Shown here piece after piece: positions 61,483 to 64,000 of a stretch of 64,000 nt of DNA. Below the pieces are notes generated by a model. It was not told the DNA's origin and made no database searches. It saw only the letters and a program-made list of their open reading frames with translations. Where the stretch lies: contig NC_043009.1 in the NCBI RefSeq assembly GCF_006345805.1, positions 8,804,001 to 8,868,000 of the forward strand. Reading direction: 5' to 3'. Position 1 is the stretch's first letter, and every line of letters begins with the position of its first letter. Made by a program: the position numbers and the translations under genes. The stretch comes from Octopus sinensis. Its lineage: Eukaryota.

Positions 61483-62121
61483 TACACACATACACATGGG
61501 TTTACAGAGAAATATTAGACTTTTGTGATTTTGAAGCATAAACTAATTCCCACTTGAAACATGAAACATATTGGAACCAATCCAAGCACTGCTCTGTACT
61601 TTGATACACCTCATTACACGACAAATGTACACCACTAGCCAGCAAGGGAGCCTCTAAGTAGTCACTCAGCCTGCTAGAAATAACAGCCAAATCCCTTGCA
61701 ACTCCCATTTTACAATCTTTAAAATGTATGGAATTGAGAACACATTGGATAATGTTGTCTCACATACCCAATGTCTCAGAACTAACAGGATAGTCATGAC
61801 ATTTGATCATTATCATTCAAGTTTGCTTGACCATGGCTGACCTAGGGCTATATATATATATCTGCATCAGCAACACCATACCTACACTATGCTGCAATCC
61901 TATGTAAACCAATGATGACAGAACATGCGTGCAGTTACTTAACAGGCTAGAAATAGCAGCCAAATCTCCCTCAAGTTTCACCCTGTTGTCCGAGGAAAGA
62001 AAAACCTACATTGCATAATGTTTCAAGGTCGGCTGCAGCTGGAAAAAAAAAGATGAGATGATCACAACTGGAGTGTCTTCTTAAACAGAGATAATGTATC
62101 TTAAAATATATTTAGCTGTAG

Positions 62122-62580
62122 GTGGAGGCATGGCTGCGAGGTACAAAGTTTGCTTACCAACCACATAGTTCTGGGTTCAGTCCCACTGTGTGACACCTTG
62201 GGAAAGTGTCTTCTACTATAGCCTCAAGCCAACCAAAGCCTTTTGAGCGGATTTGGTAGATGGAAACTGAAAGAAGCCTATTGTGTGTGTGTATAACCAA
62301 AGCCTTGAGAGTGGATTTGGTAGACAGAGACTGAAAGAAGCCCATCATGTGTGTGTGTGTGTGTGTGAATGTGTTTGTACCTCACCATCGCTTGCCAACC
62401 AGTGTCAGTCTGTTTACGTCCCTGCAGGTTAGCAGTTTGGCAAATGAAACCAACAGAATAAGTATGTGACTTGTGGGAAAAAAAAAAATTAAAAAGTCCT
62501 GGAATTAATTTATTCAACTAAAACCCTGAAGGCAGTGCCCCAGCATGGCCATAGTCCAATGACTGAAACAAATAGAAGAT
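62122..62580 (+). mobile_element. SINE-B with a ~64-bp internal tandem duplication
   Basis: aaccaaagcc..ggatttggtaga..ctgaaagaagcc occurs twice (62231-62294 and 62295-62360). Confidence 0.85.
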
Positions 62581-63196
62581 TTTAAAAAATGATACACAAA
62601 CTAGAATATCTTTTATCATTCAGACCCAGGATTAAACATTAACAAATATAACAGCAGCAGTTTGTTATTGCTTAAACCAAAACTGAACCCACATCCTGTA
62701 CCCCACCGTACTTCTATGTTATCAACTCTGCAATGCTGACCAATAAACCACTACTAATATTATTTTCCATGCATGTCTAAACAGTTACAGCAATCTATCC
62801 TGTCTTATCCTGTCCTTGGCTGTTTTCCAACTGTAATCATTTCATTGTGGGGAAGCAGCAGCTACTCTTAGCTTCCACTACTGCATCTGTCTCTCTTCTT
62901 CCTGGCATTATTTCCACTTGTATATGCTAATGACTGAAGATTGTGACATTTCTTCTATCAAATCTCAGACATGTTCTTCTCAAAGCCTACAAGCGTATCA
63001 CCTTTATTCGTCTTATGCTCATATTTGTCTTATTTTTGTTTTCAAACATCACTTATGTCATCTTTCAGATATTTAGATTTGTGCCAAGCTCAGCTTGAGG
63101 ACACGTTTTTTAAATAAATGGCACAGTCAACTGTGCATGAGAGTGTATTACATACATATTTTCATGTTTATGTGTGTGTGTGTGTGTGTGTGTGTG

Positions 63197-63230
<34 letters not shown>

Positions 63231-63233
<3 letters not shown>

Positions 63234-63452
63234 GAAGAAGGACTTAAAAGTTCCTGGCTTTGGGTAAAATAAAATCCAAGAAGACCAGTTAATTATGATT
63301 TTGTTCAACACATCCCCCTTCTAGGTTCACACACTTATTACACTGGTCCTTCAGTTTTCCTAAGCCCTATGAAAGAACTCTGAAGGTTCAGCCTCCAGCC
63401 AGGCCTTTCGCGAAACCCTTAAAGCCAGCAACTTTTCAGCACCCCTCGTGTA
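63231..63452. mobile_element. mariner-derived MITE, about 220 bp, in (TA)n
   Basis: Imperfect TIRs tacgaagaaggacttaaaagttcctggcttt / aaagccagcaacttttcagcacccctcgtg, TA-flanked. Confidence 0.75.
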
Positions 63453-63501
63453 TATAAATATATACATACATCATGTACATGTGAGTGTGTGTGTGTGTGT
63501 G

Positions 63502-63572
<71 letters not shown>

Positions 63573-63575
<3 letters not shown>

Positions 63576-63778
63576 ATCCAAACAAGAAAGCACAAAAAAA
63601 CACAACAACGCGAGGACGTAGAATAAATATAGTGTTATTGGACGCTCAGGAAAGAAGGAAAGAAGCAGGGTTTAACGTTTCGAGCGGAGCTCTTCGTCGG
63701 AAACATAGGAGAAGGAAAGATCCAGAGAAGGGAAGACAGAGGAAAAAAATCGCCAACGGTACACACGAGGTCACATTT
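63573..63778 (-). mobile_element. Penelope-like element terminus with a hammerhead-like motif, between (TA)n tracts
   Basis: Minus strand ..gtttccgacgaagagctccgctcgaaacgttaaacc..ggattaac(ta)n; same architecture as 8232-8426. Confidence 0.6.
63670..63704 (-). ncRNA. Minimal type-I hammerhead ribozyme-like motif (U4C variant)
   Basis: Stem I GUUU/AAAC, core CCGACGA, extra A, stem II GAGC-UCC-GCUC, GAAA, palindromic stem III ACGU, triplet GUU. Confidence 0.65.
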
Positions 63779-63845
63779 TTATATATATATCAATGCACAC
63801 ACGCAAACACATATATATGCATACATACAGACAGAGAGAAGGAAA

Positions 63846-64000
63846 AGGGTGGTGAGCTGGCAGAATCGTTAGCACACCGGGCGAAATGTTTAGCAGTATT
63901 TCGCCTGCCATTACGTTCTGAGTTCAAATTCCGCCGAGGTCGACTTTGCCTTTCATCCTTTCTGGGTTGATAAATTAAGTACCAGTTACGCACTGGGTCG
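63846..64000 (+). mobile_element. SINE-A running off the window end
   Basis: Matches 38302 onward. Confidence 0.9.

Noticed and set aside
61179-61541. Poly-His, poly-Met/Val and Ile/Thr ORFs
   Set aside because: All three are readings of one degenerate (ATG/GTG)n microsatellite; there is no domain or splice context.

Overview
AT-rich eukaryotic (animal) genomic DNA that is almost entirely interspersed repeats and microsatellites. The repeat set resembles, from memory and not from a search, an octopus (cephalopod) genome: several tRNA-headed SINE families, RTE and CR1/L2 LINE remnants, Penelope-like termini next to (TA)n, and (TA)n/(CA)n/(GAT)n arrays. No intact host protein-coding gene, rRNA, true tRNA or CRISPR array can be supported. 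Nearly all ORF-track entries are microsatellite or SINE read-through artefacts. Recognisable coding remnants are all transposon-derived: a decayed Tc1 transposase (55.9-56.9 kb, minus), a decayed mariner transposase (59.0-59.8 kb, plus), RTE LINE pieces (6.9, 9.0, 20.7, 48.1, 56.9 kb) and CR1/L2-type 3' ends (19.2, 33.4 kb). MITEs of hAT, piggyBac, Tc1/mariner and 3-bp-TSD type are also present. The SINE and repeat names used here (A, B, C, D, E, F, G, H, I, J) are my working labels. The most notable observations are: (i) three loci of minimal type-I hammerhead-ribozyme-like motifs, including an overlapping inverted pair at 17.45-17.55 kb; (ii) a near-perfect 118-bp-arm fold-back at 36.6-36.9 kb and a smaller one at 46.3 kb; (iii) modular head/body/tail shuffling among SINEs, with LINE partners visible in the same window; (iv) alternating CpG-retaining and CpG-depleted domains, suggesting mosaic methylation. 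Many SINE boundaries are approximate to within about 10-20 bp.
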